Assembly (NCBI GenBank): GCA_018656065.1 | Contig: JABHZY010000025.1 | Span: 1-47,868 of the forward strand | Direction: 5' to 3' | DNA from: Candidatus Komeilibacteria bacterium | GTDB lineage: Bacteria; Patescibacteriota; Patescibacteriia; UBA1558; GWA2-36-10 | DNA length: 47,868 nucleotides | Part shown: positions 24,529-34,148 of the stretch, in pieces | How positions within the stretch are numbered: position 1 is the first letter of the stretch | Layout: each line of letters begins with the position of its first letter | Position numbers and translations under genes: made by a program | The notes under the pieces: model-generated | Databases searched by the model: none | Told to the model about the DNA's origin: nothing | Seen by the model: only the letters and a program-made list of their open reading frames with translations

Positions 24529-25604
24529 TGAGAGTAATTAATATTAGTTTAGATAATAAAATATTAGATAAAGATTCTTCAGTTGCTAAACGGACGATGT
24601 CTTTTGCTGGTAAGTTGGAAAATTTATTAGTTATTTGTGTAGGTAAAAATGGCCAGATTAATTTAGCAGATAATATACTTGTAAAAGGCATTAGAAAATC
24701 TAATAAAATATTAAGTTTATTTGCTTTACGTAAATTTTTACATCAAGAGTTAGTTAAAAATAAATATGATTTAATAACTATTCAAGATGCTTATTGGCTA
24801 GCAAAATTAGGCGTTTGTGTGGCTAATAAATTTGGTATTAAATCAGAGATTCAAGTGCATGGTTTTGAAAAATTAAATTTTATTACTAAAGTTTTGGCTA
24901 AGCAAAATTTTGCTAAAGCGGATAGAATTAGAACAGTTAGCTTGAGATTAAAAAATCAGTTGATAAAAGATTTTGCTGTAGATGAACAAAAAATATATGT
25001 AGTACCGATTGCTGTAGATAAAGATAAAATTTTGTCAGAGGAAATATCAGTAAATTTAAAAGAAAAATATTCTAATGACTTTATTTTTCTGACAGTGGCT
25101 AGGTTAGTAGCTGTAAAAAATATTGCTATGCAAATCAAAGCATTGGCAGAATTAGAAAATAAAAATACGAAACTTATAATAGTTGGTGATGGTTCGGAGA
25201 AAGAGAACTTGAAAAGTCTAGCTAAAGATTTAGATTTATTAGATAGAGTAATCTTCGAGGGCTGGCTAGATGACTTGAATGCTTATTATAAATCAGCGGA
25301 CTGTTTATTACTTAGTTCAGACAGTGAAGGCTATGGAGCAGTTGTGGCTGAAGCAGTTTTATTAGGTTTACCGATAATAATGACAGACGTTGGAGTAGCC
25401 GGTGAATTAGTAGAGGATAATGTAAATGGATTGATAGTGCCAGTAGACAATCAAGAAAAATTTATTCAAGCTATGAATAGCTTAGTAGTAGATAATGATT
25501 TGAAACAAAAATTTTCTACCAATAGCTTGCAGTTTAGAAATAAGATATTGGATAAAGATGAATTATTAAATAAAACGATTGATAATTGGAAATCTATTGT
25601 ATGA
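24528..25604 (+). CDS. Glycosyltransferase family 4
   Basis: 358 aa. LLSSDSEGYGAVVAEAVLLGLPIIMTDVGVAGELVEDNVNGLIV. TAATG overlap with the upstream gene. Confidence 0.8.
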   Translation: MRVINISLDNKILDKDSSVAKRTMSFAGKLENLLVICVGKNGQINLADNILVKGIRKSNKILSLFALRKFLHQELVKNKYDLITIQDAYWLAKLGVCVANKFGIKSEIQVHGFEKLNFITKVLAKQNFAKADRIRTVSLRLKNQLIKDFAVDEQKIYVVPIAVDKDKILSEEISVNLKEKYSNDFIFLTVARLVAVKNIAMQIKALAELENKNTKLIIVGDGSEKENLKSLAKDLDLLDRVIFEGWLDDLNAYYKSADCLLLSSDSEGYGAVVAEAVLLGLPIIMTDVGVAGELVEDNVNGLIVPVDNQEKFIQAMNSLVVDNDLKQKFSTNSLQFRNKILDKDELLNKTIDNWKSIV

Positions 25605-26674
25605 GTGTTGAAAACAGAAAAATTTGTTATGTTTTACCAAAGTTTGATCTGAATATAGATACACACTATTTTTATTTATATGATTTTATAAATGAAGTAG
25701 CTAAAGATTTAGATTTAGTTTTGTTAATAGAAAAAAGTAATTCAGATATTAGTTTTTTTAAAAATGTTTCTAAAGTTTATGTCCAAAGATTTTCTTGGAC
25801 ACCGTTGAGGATAATAGAGAATTTTATTTTATTGTTAATTATTAGAGCTCAAAATTATAAAAATTTTTATATTCACTATTCTTATATCTCAGCTGGCAAT
25901 GCTAGTTTAATAGCTAAATTATCAGGGGCTAGGACATTTTATTGGAGTTGTGGTATGATGTGGCTTTTTGGCAAAGATAGGGCCTTAGGATTAGTATTAA
26001 AGTTAATTAACCATCTGGTAACAGGCGTGAAAGCTTTAAAATCAGGTTATGTTGAACATTATGGTATTTCAGTAGATAAAATAAAGATAATGCCAAATTG
26101 GATAGATTTAAATAGATTTAATAATATAGATACAGATAATATTTTAGAAAAATATAAATTAAACAAAGATGATAAATATATCTTTTTTGTACATAGATTA
26201 GCCAAACGAAAAGGAGCGCATTATATAGCCAAATTAGCTAAAACTAACCCGGAATTTAAATTTTTAATAGCCGGTGATGGTCCATATAAAAAACAATTAG
26301 AACAAGAGATTAAAGATTTGGATAATGTAATTTTATTAGGTAAAATTCCTAATAAAGATATTCCAGGCTTAATGAGAATTTCTAAATTATTTTTTATGCC
26401 CTCAGAAGAAGAAGGTTTTCCTAGGGTGCTATTAGAATCAATGGCAGCTGGACTTCCTTACGTGGCTTTTGATATTGGCGGAGTTAGAGAGATTAGCACT
26501 AAAGAACAGCAGGAATATATTGTAGATGATGTTGCAAGTATGAATATAGGTATTAAAGAGATTCTAAGTAACCAGGATATATATAATAAGTTAAAACAAG
26601 TTAATCTAGAACACGTTAAACAATTTGATATCAAAGTAGTAAAGAATAAATTTATAGAATTAATATATGGATAG
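25601..26674 (+). CDS. Glycosyltransferase family 4
   Basis: PSEEEGFPRVLLESMAAGLPYVAFDIGGVREI. ATG 25601, which makes an ATGA overlap with the upstream stop, is preferred over the TTG at 25586 in the track. Confidence 0.75.
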   Translation: MSVENRKICYVLPKFDLNIDTHYFYLYDFINEVAKDLDLVLLIEKSNSDISFFKNVSKVYVQRFSWTPLRIIENFILLLIIRAQNYKNFYIHYSYISAGNASLIAKLSGARTFYWSCGMMWLFGKDRALGLVLKLINHLVTGVKALKSGYVEHYGISVDKIKIMPNWIDLNRFNNIDTDNILEKYKLNKDDKYIFFVHRLAKRKGAHYIAKLAKTNPEFKFLIAGDGPYKKQLEQEIKDLDNVILLGKIPNKDIPGLMRISKLFFMPSEEEGFPRVLLESMAAGLPYVAFDIGGVREISTKEQQEYIVDDVASMNIGIKEILSNQDIYNKLKQVNLEHVKQFDIKVVKNKFIELIYG

Positions 26675-27317
26675 TGTAGCAAAAATTTATGCCAAACATA
26701 ATTTAGAAATGAGAGGTAGGGGCTTTCTTATTTTAGGTAATGAAAGAAAACAGTTATTAAAAAAATATATTCAAGGCAATAATCTAAAAATTTGTGACCT
26801 TGGTTCTCGAGATGGAGCTTTGAGTAAAGAATATATAAAAGGTAATGAATTGTGGGTAGTTGATTTTGATAAAGCAGCTTTGGATGCTTTAGAGAATAAA
26901 GATAAAATTAAGACAGTTTGTCAGGATCTAAATGCTGAAGTTTGGGATTTACCAGAGGACTATTTTGACATAGTTATTTTTTCAGAAGTTTTAGAACATT
27001 TATATTATCCAGCCAGAGTGCTCAAAAAGATTTCAAAAATATTAAAACAAGATTCAGGGACATTAGTGGGCACTATCCCAAATGCTTTTAGTCTAAAAAA
27101 TAGATTTAGATTATTATTTGCCAAGAAAAAAGCCACTACTCTGGAAGATCCAACTCACATTAACCATTTTTCTTATTCAGAATTAGAGAGTATATTAAAA
27201 AATAATTTTAAGAATATAGAAATAAATCCTCTTATACAAAAGAAATATAAATTTTTATCAAAAATTTCGCCGTCTTTATTTTCTTCTATGTTATTTTTTA
27301 AAGCGAGAAATAAATAA
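26667..27317 (+). CDS. Class I SAM-dependent methyltransferase
   Basis: 216 aa. Motif I KICDLGSRDGALS and post-motif VIFSEVLEHLYYP. Confidence 0.7.
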   Translation: MDSVAKIYAKHNLEMRGRGFLILGNERKQLLKKYIQGNNLKICDLGSRDGALSKEYIKGNELWVVDFDKAALDALENKDKIKTVCQDLNAEVWDLPEDYFDIVIFSEVLEHLYYPARVLKKISKILKQDSGTLVGTIPNAFSLKNRFRLLFAKKKATTLEDPTHINHFSYSELESILKNNFKNIEINPLIQKKYKFLSKISPSLFSSMLFFKARNK

Positions 27318-27322
27318 ACATT

Positions 27323-27940
27323 ATGCATTCACTTTTCAGAAAATTAACCTACGATAAACTATCCAAGTTAAAGCTGGATGGGCAGATTTTAGATTTGGGT
27401 GGAATAAGAAAGGCTGATTACCACAAATTAATTAAAGGTCAGCATAATATAAAAGTGGTTAATATAGATGGTGACGCTAAGGCAGATTTTTCCTTTGATT
27501 TAGAAAATAAATTTCCTATAGAGAATGACTCATATAATAATATAATATGTCTTAATGTCTTAGAGCATATTTTTGATTATCAAAATGTTGTGGATGAGAG
27601 TTTTAGGATACTTAAATCAGGTGGAGAAATAATAAATGTTACACCATTTTTATTAAATATTCATGAGTGTCCAAACGATTATTGGCGTTATACCAAGCAA
27701 TCTTTACATAAAATATTTGCCAAAGCTGGCTTTAAAGAAATTGAAATTACAGAAATAGGCACTGGTTTGTTTGGAGCTGTCTATCAATTAAAGTTTGGTT
27801 TTTTCAAAATTGATATAATAAGAAAAATATTCATGACAGTTTATGTTTTTATGGATAGAGTATTAAAATTGGTCAGGCCTAATAGTTTTATTACAGCTAG
27901 GCATATGCCTTTGGGGTTTTTTGTTAGAGCGAAAAAATAG
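27323..27940 (+). CDS. Class I SAM-dependent methyltransferase
   Basis: 205 aa. ILDLGGIRKADY, IICLNVLEHIFD and LKSGGEIINVTP. Confidence 0.65.
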   Translation: MHSLFRKLTYDKLSKLKLDGQILDLGGIRKADYHKLIKGQHNIKVVNIDGDAKADFSFDLENKFPIENDSYNNIICLNVLEHIFDYQNVVDESFRILKSGGEIINVTPFLLNIHECPNDYWRYTKQSLHKIFAKAGFKEIEITEIGTGLFGAVYQLKFGFFKIDIIRKIFMTVYVFMDRVLKLVRPNSFITARHMPLGFFVRAKK

Positions 27941-27971
27941 CTAAACACCCCAAAAATATTGAGTCTTTGTG

Positions 27972-28000
27972 TTGATTTTTTTTAAATAATAGACTATAAT
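27972..28000 (+). promoter_or_regulatory. Sigma-70-type promoter for the sugar-nucleotide modification operon
   Basis: TTGATT (27972-27977)-N17-TATAAT (27995-28000), 33 nt upstream of ATG 28033. Confidence 0.5.
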
Positions 28001-28032
28001 CAGGTAGTTAAATAATCAGAATATACTAAATT

Positions 28033-29112
28033 ATGACATCAAAAAACAAGCCAAAATACGAGCCAAAATCAATATTAATAACTGGTGGGGCTGGTTTTAT
28101 TGCTAGTAATGTTTTACGCTATTTTTGGAAGCAATATCCAAATACACATTTTCATGTTTTAGATGCCTTGACTTATGCTGGGGACATGAAAAATATTGAT
28201 GACGCAATTCATTCTAGTGACAGGTTTACTTTCTGGTATGGCGATATCAGAAATGAACGTTTAGTTGATAAAATTATATCTCAAAGTGAAATAGTATTAC
28301 ATTTAGCCGCTGAAACTCATGTTACCCGGTCTATTTATGATGATATTAATTTTTTTGAAACAGATGTTATTGGTACTCAGGTTATAGCTAATGCAGTCTT
28401 ACGTCATAAAAAAACAGTTAAACGTTTTATACATATTTCAACCAGTGAAGTTTATGGTACAGCTATGACAGAAGACATGGATGAAAGCCATCCTTTGCAG
28501 CCTCAGAGTCCCTACGCTGCTGCCAAGACTGGTGCAGACAGACTAGTTTATTCTTATTATCATACTCACAAAATTCCAGCAGTTATTGTTAGGCCATTTA
28601 ATGCTTTTGGTCCTAATCAGCATTTAGAAAAACTTATTCCTAGATTTATCACTAGTGTTTTACTAAAAGAGCCAATGACTATTCATGGTGATGGTAGTAG
28701 TTCACGTGACTTTGTTCACGTCATTGATATAGCACGTGCTTTGGATATGATAATTCAAGCGTCAGCCAAGGATGTGGAAGGTGAAGTATTTAATGTAGGA
28801 ACTAATAAAGTTACATCTGTTTTGGAGATTGCTCAATTAATTGAAAAATTAATGTTAGATAATGGCAAACAGAAAATGGAGTTTAGTGAATATACCTTAA
28901 ATGTTGATGATAGGCCTGGGCAGGTGAATAAACATCTTTGTAATTATAATAAAATAAAAAAATGTTTAGGTTGGGAACCCACAATTACCTTAGAAGGTGG
29001 TATGAAAGATATTATTGATTGGTATGTAAATAATAGAGATTGGTGGGAATCAAAGGTATGGATGCGACAAGTTCCAATTGTAACAGAAACAGGTAAAGTA
29101 GAATTTCATTAG
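28033..29112 (+). CDS. rfbB: NDP-glucose 4,6-dehydratase (dTDP-glucose 4,6-dehydratase-like)
   Basis: 359 aa. ILITGGAGFIASN, DALTYAGDMKNI, HISTSEVYG, SPYAAAKTGADRL (YxxxK) and DRPGQ follow the RmlB pattern. Nucleotide specificity cannot be read from the sequence. Confidence 0.7.
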   Translation: MTSKNKPKYEPKSILITGGAGFIASNVLRYFWKQYPNTHFHVLDALTYAGDMKNIDDAIHSSDRFTFWYGDIRNERLVDKIISQSEIVLHLAAETHVTRSIYDDINFFETDVIGTQVIANAVLRHKKTVKRFIHISTSEVYGTAMTEDMDESHPLQPQSPYAAAKTGADRLVYSYYHTHKIPAVIVRPFNAFGPNQHLEKLIPRFITSVLLKEPMTIHGDGSSSRDFVHVIDIARALDMIIQASAKDVEGEVFNVGTNKVTSVLEIAQLIEKLMLDNGKQKMEFSEYTLNVDDRPGQVNKHLCNYNKIKKCLGWEPTITLEGGMKDIIDWYVNNRDWWESKVWMRQVPIVTETGKVEFH

Positions 29113-29118
29113 AGTAAA

Positions 29119-30039
29119 ATGATAAACAAATCATTAATTACAGGCGCAGGAGGTTTTATAGGTGCGAATTTAGCTCGCACACTACTTAAACGCGGCGATG
29201 AAGTATTTGCTTTAATCAGGCCGGGCGGTGATACTTGGCGTTTAGCTGAGATAGCTAACGATATAAAAATAATAGAAGTAGATATTGCAGATAAGGAAGT
29301 ACTGGAAAAGGCAGTAAAAGAAATTAAACCTGAATTCGTTTTTCATTTAGCACATTATGGTGGTAACAGGGGTCAGTCAGATTCTGAATTAATACATAAA
29401 GTTATTGTAGAAGGAACAGCTAATTTATTAGCTGTTTGTGCGCAAATTGATAGTATAAAATCTATAGTAAATGTTGGTAGTTCTTCAGAATATGGCGCCA
29501 AAACTGAGCCAATGCGAGAAAATATGTCAGTTGAGCCTAATACTGAATATGGTCAGGCTAAGGTTGAGGCAACCAAATTATCTAAAAAAACAGCAGTTAC
29601 AGTAAGGCCATTCTCTGTTTATGGTCCTTGGGAGTCTAAAGTGCGTTTAATTCCGGCAGTTATTATGGCTTGTTTAGAAAATAGAGCTCCACAATTAGCT
29701 AATCCAAAGACTGTTAGAGATTTTATATATATTGATGATGTTGTAGATGCTTTGATTACGGCATCTGAAAATTTTATGCCTGGTGAAGTTTTTAATCTAG
29801 GTAGTGGTCAGCAAACATCACTCAAAGAAATTGTTGATCTTATAGTTAAATTAACAGATGCTGATATCAAATTGGAGTGGAACGAAATAGCTGGTCAAAG
29901 TTTTGATACTAATACCTGGGTAGCCGACACCAAACATTCTAGTGAAAAATTAAATTGGCAAGCTAAATATTCATTGGAACAAGGCATTCAAGAGACCATT
30001 GATTGGTTTAAAGAGTATAAAGAATTATATGGCAGATAA
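29119..30039 (+). CDS. NAD(P)-dependent SDR, NDP-sugar epimerase/ketoreductase
   Basis: 306 aa. LITGAGGFIGANLARTLL, SSSEYG and YGQAKVEATKL (YxxxK). Confidence 0.65.
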   Translation: MINKSLITGAGGFIGANLARTLLKRGDEVFALIRPGGDTWRLAEIANDIKIIEVDIADKEVLEKAVKEIKPEFVFHLAHYGGNRGQSDSELIHKVIVEGTANLLAVCAQIDSIKSIVNVGSSSEYGAKTEPMRENMSVEPNTEYGQAKVEATKLSKKTAVTVRPFSVYGPWESKVRLIPAVIMACLENRAPQLANPKTVRDFIYIDDVVDALITASENFMPGEVFNLGSGQQTSLKEIVDLIVKLTDADIKLEWNEIAGQSFDTNTWVADTKHSSEKLNWQAKYSLEQGIQETIDWFKEYKELYGR

Positions 30040-30817
30040 ATATCAAGAATTAAAAAATAAAGCATTGGCAGCCCGTAGGACTGTCATAACTGAATCCAGT
30101 CGTAGTGGATCAGTACATATTGCTTCTTCATTATCAGAAATAGATTTACTAACTGCTTTATATTCTAAAATTTTACAAAAAAAAGATAAATTTATTCTAA
30201 GTAAGGGTCATGGCGCTTTAGGTTATTACGCAGTTTTGGCTGAGTATGGTTTTATTCCTCGTGAAGAATTAAATAAGTATGGTCAAGATGGTACTAAATT
30301 ATCTGTACATCCAGTTTATAAAACAGCGCCAGGCATTGAAGCTAGCACTGGTTCTCTAGGTCATGGTTTGCCAATGGCTCTAGGCTTAGCTCTAGCTGCT
30401 CGACAGGATAAAAATGATGGACACAGTTATGTTTTATTAAGTGATGGTGAATGTGATGAAGGTTCCACTTGGGAAGCAGCTATGTTAGCTGGTCATTTAA
30501 AGTTAGATAACTTAGTGGCTATTATTGATTATAATAAATTTCAGGCATTTGGAAAAACAAAAGACATTTTAGATTTAGAGCCCTTTGCAGATAAATGGCA
30601 AGCAGCTAAGTGGGCAGTCAAAGAAATTAATGGTCATAACTTTGAAGAAATAATCAATGCTTTAGAAAAATTGCCCTTAGAAAAAAATAAGCCAACCGTT
30701 TTCATTGCTCATACTGTAAAAGGTAAAGGAGTGCCATATATGGAAAATAAATTAGACTGGCATTATTTTAATGTTAAGGCAGAGGATTTAGATAAAACTT
30801 TAGAAGAATTATATTAA
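30029..30817 (+). CDS. Split transketolase, N-terminal (ThDP-binding) subunit
   Basis: SGSVHIASSLSEIDLL, SKGHGALGYYAVL, GSLGHGLPMALGLA and LLSDGECDEGSTWEA (the GDG-type ThDP motif). ATG 30029 is preferred over the TTG at 29999. Confidence 0.75.
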   Translation: MADKYQELKNKALAARRTVITESSRSGSVHIASSLSEIDLLTALYSKILQKKDKFILSKGHGALGYYAVLAEYGFIPREELNKYGQDGTKLSVHPVYKTAPGIEASTGSLGHGLPMALGLALAARQDKNDGHSYVLLSDGECDEGSTWEAAMLAGHLKLDNLVAIIDYNKFQAFGKTKDILDLEPFADKWQAAKWAVKEINGHNFEEIINALEKLPLEKNKPTVFIAHTVKGKGVPYMENKLDWHYFNVKAEDLDKTLEELY

Positions 30818-30820
30818 TAT

Positions 30821-31738
30821 ATGAGAATTGCTTTTGTAGAAACTATAACTAAATTAGCCATCAAAGATAAATCAGTTTGGCTACTTACTGGTGATCTTGG
30901 TTTTTCAGTTTTTGAAGACTTTGCTAATAAATTTCCTGATAGATATTTAAATGTCGGTGTGGCAGAACAAAATATGATGGGTATAGCTGCTGGATTAGCT
31001 ATGGCTGGTAAAAAAGTTTTTGTATATTCTATATCTACTTTTTCTTCTATGCGAGCTTTTGAACAAATTAGAAATGATATCTGCTATCAAAACTTGCCTG
31101 TTTGTATAATTGGGGGAGGTAGTACTTTTAGTTATAGTAGCTTTGGTTGTACTCACTTTGCTTTAGAAGATATAGGTATTTTAAGGATTTTACCTAATAT
31201 GACGGTAGTAAATGCTGGAGATCCTATGGAAGTTGAGGTCGCGCTTGATGATTATCATAAAAATCCACGACCTTTTTATCTACGTATAGCTAAAAGAGGT
31301 GAGCCAGTAGTTCATAAAAATAAAAAAGATATTAAAATTAATAAAGCTACTCAAGTTAAAGAGGGTGAAGATATAAGTATATTTGCTAGTGGCAAAGCTT
31401 TACAGTATGCGACAGAAGCAGTTGAAGAATTAAAAATACAAGGCATCAATGCTGAGTTATTAAGTTTTCATACTGTTAAACCACTTGATGAAGAGGCAAT
31501 CATTAAAAGTGCAAAGCAAACAAAAAATATTATAACCATTGAAGAGCATTTAATACATGGTGGTTTAGGAACGGCAGTATCAGAAGTTGTTGCTCAAAAT
31601 GCTTTAGCAACTAAATTAAAGTGTTTAGCTGTCGCCGATGAATTTCCAGCTGGAGTAGGTAGTGAACAATATATGCTTGATAGATATTCTTTAAATAAAG
31701 ATAGTATAATAGCCGAAGCTAAAAAAATGCTATCATGA
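30821..31738 (+). CDS. Split transketolase, C-terminal (pyrimidine-binding) subunit
   Basis: 305 aa. NVGVAEQNMMGIAAGLAMAGK, IGGGSTFSYSSFGCTHFALEDIGILRILPNM and IEEHLIHGGLG. Confidence 0.75.
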   Translation: MRIAFVETITKLAIKDKSVWLLTGDLGFSVFEDFANKFPDRYLNVGVAEQNMMGIAAGLAMAGKKVFVYSISTFSSMRAFEQIRNDICYQNLPVCIIGGGSTFSYSSFGCTHFALEDIGILRILPNMTVVNAGDPMEVEVALDDYHKNPRPFYLRIAKRGEPVVHKNKKDIKINKATQVKEGEDISIFASGKALQYATEAVEELKIQGINAELLSFHTVKPLDEEAIIKSAKQTKNIITIEEHLIHGGLGTAVSEVVAQNALATKLKCLAVADEFPAGVGSEQYMLDRYSLNKDSIIAEAKKMLS

Positions 31739-32901
31739 TTAAGATTGTTATCATTATTAATGAATTATTAGTTGGTGGAGCACAGAGAGTTGTGGTTGAT
31801 TTAGTAAATAATATTGATATTAATAAATTTGAAATAAATTTGATTTTATTAAAATCACAAAAAGCATTTTCATCAAATTTAAAGTGGCTTGATGAAGAGA
31901 TTGATAAGAATAAAATTAATTTTATTACAATAAGTGACCGAAGTAGATTTAGTTTTAGAGAATTTAAGAAACTACATAGCACTTTAAAAGAAATTAAGCC
32001 AGATATTGTACATACTTTTTTACCCTATGCCGGCATAGTTGGTAGAGTAGTTGCATTTTTAAGCGGTGTAAAAAATATAATAAGTACGCAATGTAATGTA
32101 CCAGTTGCTTATTCATTTAAAGTTTATTTGTTAGATAAGATTACTTTGCTTTTGGTAAAGTTATGGATTGCTCCAACCGAGGGTATTGAATATGAATATT
32201 CTGGTTCAATTGCAATTTATAATACTAAAGCTTATTTAGAAGGACGTAAGCATTTTACAATCAATTTTGCTATTGATACTGTAAAAATAAATAAAGCATT
32301 AGAAAATATTGATAGGCCGAAAAAAAGAAGAGAGTTAAATATTCCAGAAAATGTTAAAGTAGTAGCTATGACAGCTAGGTTACATACTTGGAAAGGTCAG
32401 GAAGATTTGATAGATGCTATGGCTAAATTAGATGCTAATATACATTTAGTTTTAATAGGTGATGGAGTAATGAAACAAAGCTTAGAAGCTCAAGTAAGGT
32501 CACTAGACATTGAAGGTCGAGTTCATTTCTTGGGAACACGTAGTGATGTATTTGAAATATTAGCTATTAGTGATATTTATGTGCAAGCACACAGAATAGA
32601 AAAAGATAAAGTTTGGGTTGGTAGAAATTCAGCTCAGACAGAAGCAGCTGCCATTGGTTTGCCGTCAATTTCTACAAATGTACCACTTATTGAAGAGTTT
32701 ATCCAAGATGGTGTAAATGGAAAAATTGTAGAAAGTAATAATCCAGAAATGATGGCCCAAGCAATTAAGTGGTTTTTAGATAATCCCGAAGAAACTAAGC
32801 AAATAGCTAAGAAATTACAAGTAGAAGCTACTAAAGGTTTTTCTATTGAAAGAGCAGTTAGCTTACACGAACAACTTTATGCAGATTTATATTCTAAATA
32901 A
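31735..32901 (+). CDS. Glycosyltransferase family 4
   Basis: 388 aa. IIINELLVGGAQRVVVDLVNN. The C-terminal AQTEAAAIGLPSISTNVPLIEEFIQDGVNGKIV. ATGA overlap with the upstream gene. Confidence 0.75.
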   Translation: MIKIVIIINELLVGGAQRVVVDLVNNIDINKFEINLILLKSQKAFSSNLKWLDEEIDKNKINFITISDRSRFSFREFKKLHSTLKEIKPDIVHTFLPYAGIVGRVVAFLSGVKNIISTQCNVPVAYSFKVYLLDKITLLLVKLWIAPTEGIEYEYSGSIAIYNTKAYLEGRKHFTINFAIDTVKINKALENIDRPKKRRELNIPENVKVVAMTARLHTWKGQEDLIDAMAKLDANIHLVLIGDGVMKQSLEAQVRSLDIEGRVHFLGTRSDVFEILAISDIYVQAHRIEKDKVWVGRNSAQTEAAAIGLPSISTNVPLIEEFIQDGVNGKIVESNNPEMMAQAIKWFLDNPEETKQIAKKLQVEATKGFSIERAVSLHEQLYADLYSK

Positions 32902-32924
32902 AATAATTAATAATATTAAATAAA

Positions 32925-34148
32925 ATGGCAGAAAATCATCCTTTTATACCTGGTGAAGATTGGGTTTGGTATAGCAGAGCAATCTATGGCCAAAAAGAAA
33001 TAGACTCAGTGCTAGAGTCTCTTAATTCTGATTGGTTAGTGCCAGGTGACTATAGTAAAAAATTTGAAGAGGCGGTAGCTGAGAAATTTGGGCAAGACTA
33101 TGGTTTGTTTGTAAACTCCGGTTCTTCAGCAAACACTTTAGCTTTGAGTATTTTTAATTTTAAGCCAGGCTCTGAAGTTATTACTCCAGCCTGTACTTTT
33201 GCTACTACAGTTAATCCATTATTGCAAGCGGGATTGATTCCAGTATTTATAGATGTAGAATTAGACACCTATCTTATAGATATAGATAAAATTGAAGGGG
33301 CTATTAGTGATAAAACAGTTGCTTTGATGATACCGCAGTTAGTAGGTAATATAGTTGATATGCCACGTTTACGCACTATCGCTGATAAACATAATTTAAT
33401 TTTAATAGAAGACAGCTGTGACACTGTTGGTGCTACGATAGATGAAGTGCCAACTGGTAAATATGCTGATGCAAGTACTACTAGTTTTTATGCTTCTCAT
33501 ATTATTACTGCGGCTGGCGGCGGCGGTATGGTTATGTTTAAGGATAAAGATAAAATTAAAACTGCTAAAGTTTTAAGAGACTGGGGTAGAGCTTTGCCAG
33601 AGCATGCCGATGAATCACCAGACAAACGTTTTGATTTTACTATAGATGGTAAACCTCATGATGGTAAATTTGTGTTTACTAATTTAGGTTGGAATTTTAA
33701 AGGTATAGATTTACAAGCGGCTTTTGGTTTAGCACAATTAAAACGTCTTCCTGGCTTTTCAGCTATTAGACAGAAAAATTTTGTTAGCCTAAATGAATTT
33801 TTTTCTAAATATCCAGATCATTTTATTTTACCAAGGCAGCTTGATAATGTTTCAACTAATTGGCTAGCTTACCCAGTTAACATTAAAAAAGATTCACCAA
33901 TTCAAAGAACAGATTTGATGCGTCATCTGGAAGAAAATAAGATTCAAACTCGAGTGTTATTTTCTGGCAATATATTAAAACATCCAGCCTATAAAGATAT
34001 TCCACACAGAGTGGAGGGTAGTTTAGAAAATTCTGATACTATAATGACTCAATGTATTTTAATTGGTTGTCATCATGGATTAAGACAAGAACATTTGGAT
34101 TATGTTATGAAAACATTGTCTGAGTTTTTAGATAAATATGCCAAATAA
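32925..34148 (+). CDS. DegT/DnrJ/EryC1-family PLP/PMP enzyme of the RfbH/E1 (NDP-4-keto-6-deoxyhexose 3-dehydrase) type
   Basis: 407 aa. VNSGSSAN, PGSEVITPACTFATTVNP, LIEDSCD and RDWGR are present. TSFYASHIIT has His where aminotransferases carry the Schiff-base Lys. KIQTRVLFSGN is also present. The segment after RDWGR (ALPEHADESPDKRF) has no Cys. Confidence 0.6.
   Translation: MAENHPFIPGEDWVWYSRAIYGQKEIDSVLESLNSDWLVPGDYSKKFEEAVAEKFGQDYGLFVNSGSSANTLALSIFNFKPGSEVITPACTFATTVNPLLQAGLIPVFIDVELDTYLIDIDKIEGAISDKTVALMIPQLVGNIVDMPRLRTIADKHNLILIEDSCDTVGATIDEVPTGKYADASTTSFYASHIITAAGGGGMVMFKDKDKIKTAKVLRDWGRALPEHADESPDKRFDFTIDGKPHDGKFVFTNLGWNFKGIDLQAAFGLAQLKRLPGFSAIRQKNFVSLNEFFSKYPDHFILPRQLDNVSTNWLAYPVNIKKDSPIQRTDLMRHLEENKIQTRVLFSGNILKHPAYKDIPHRVEGSLENSDTIMTQCILIGCHHGLRQEHLDYVMKTLSEFLDKYAK

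Noticed and set aside
27941-27990. Possible terminator after the second small methyltransferase (AACAC...GTGTT followed by a T-run).
   Set aside because: It has only a 5-bp AT-rich stem and a loop of about 20 nt. The T-run is better explained as part of the TTGATT -35 region of the next promoter.
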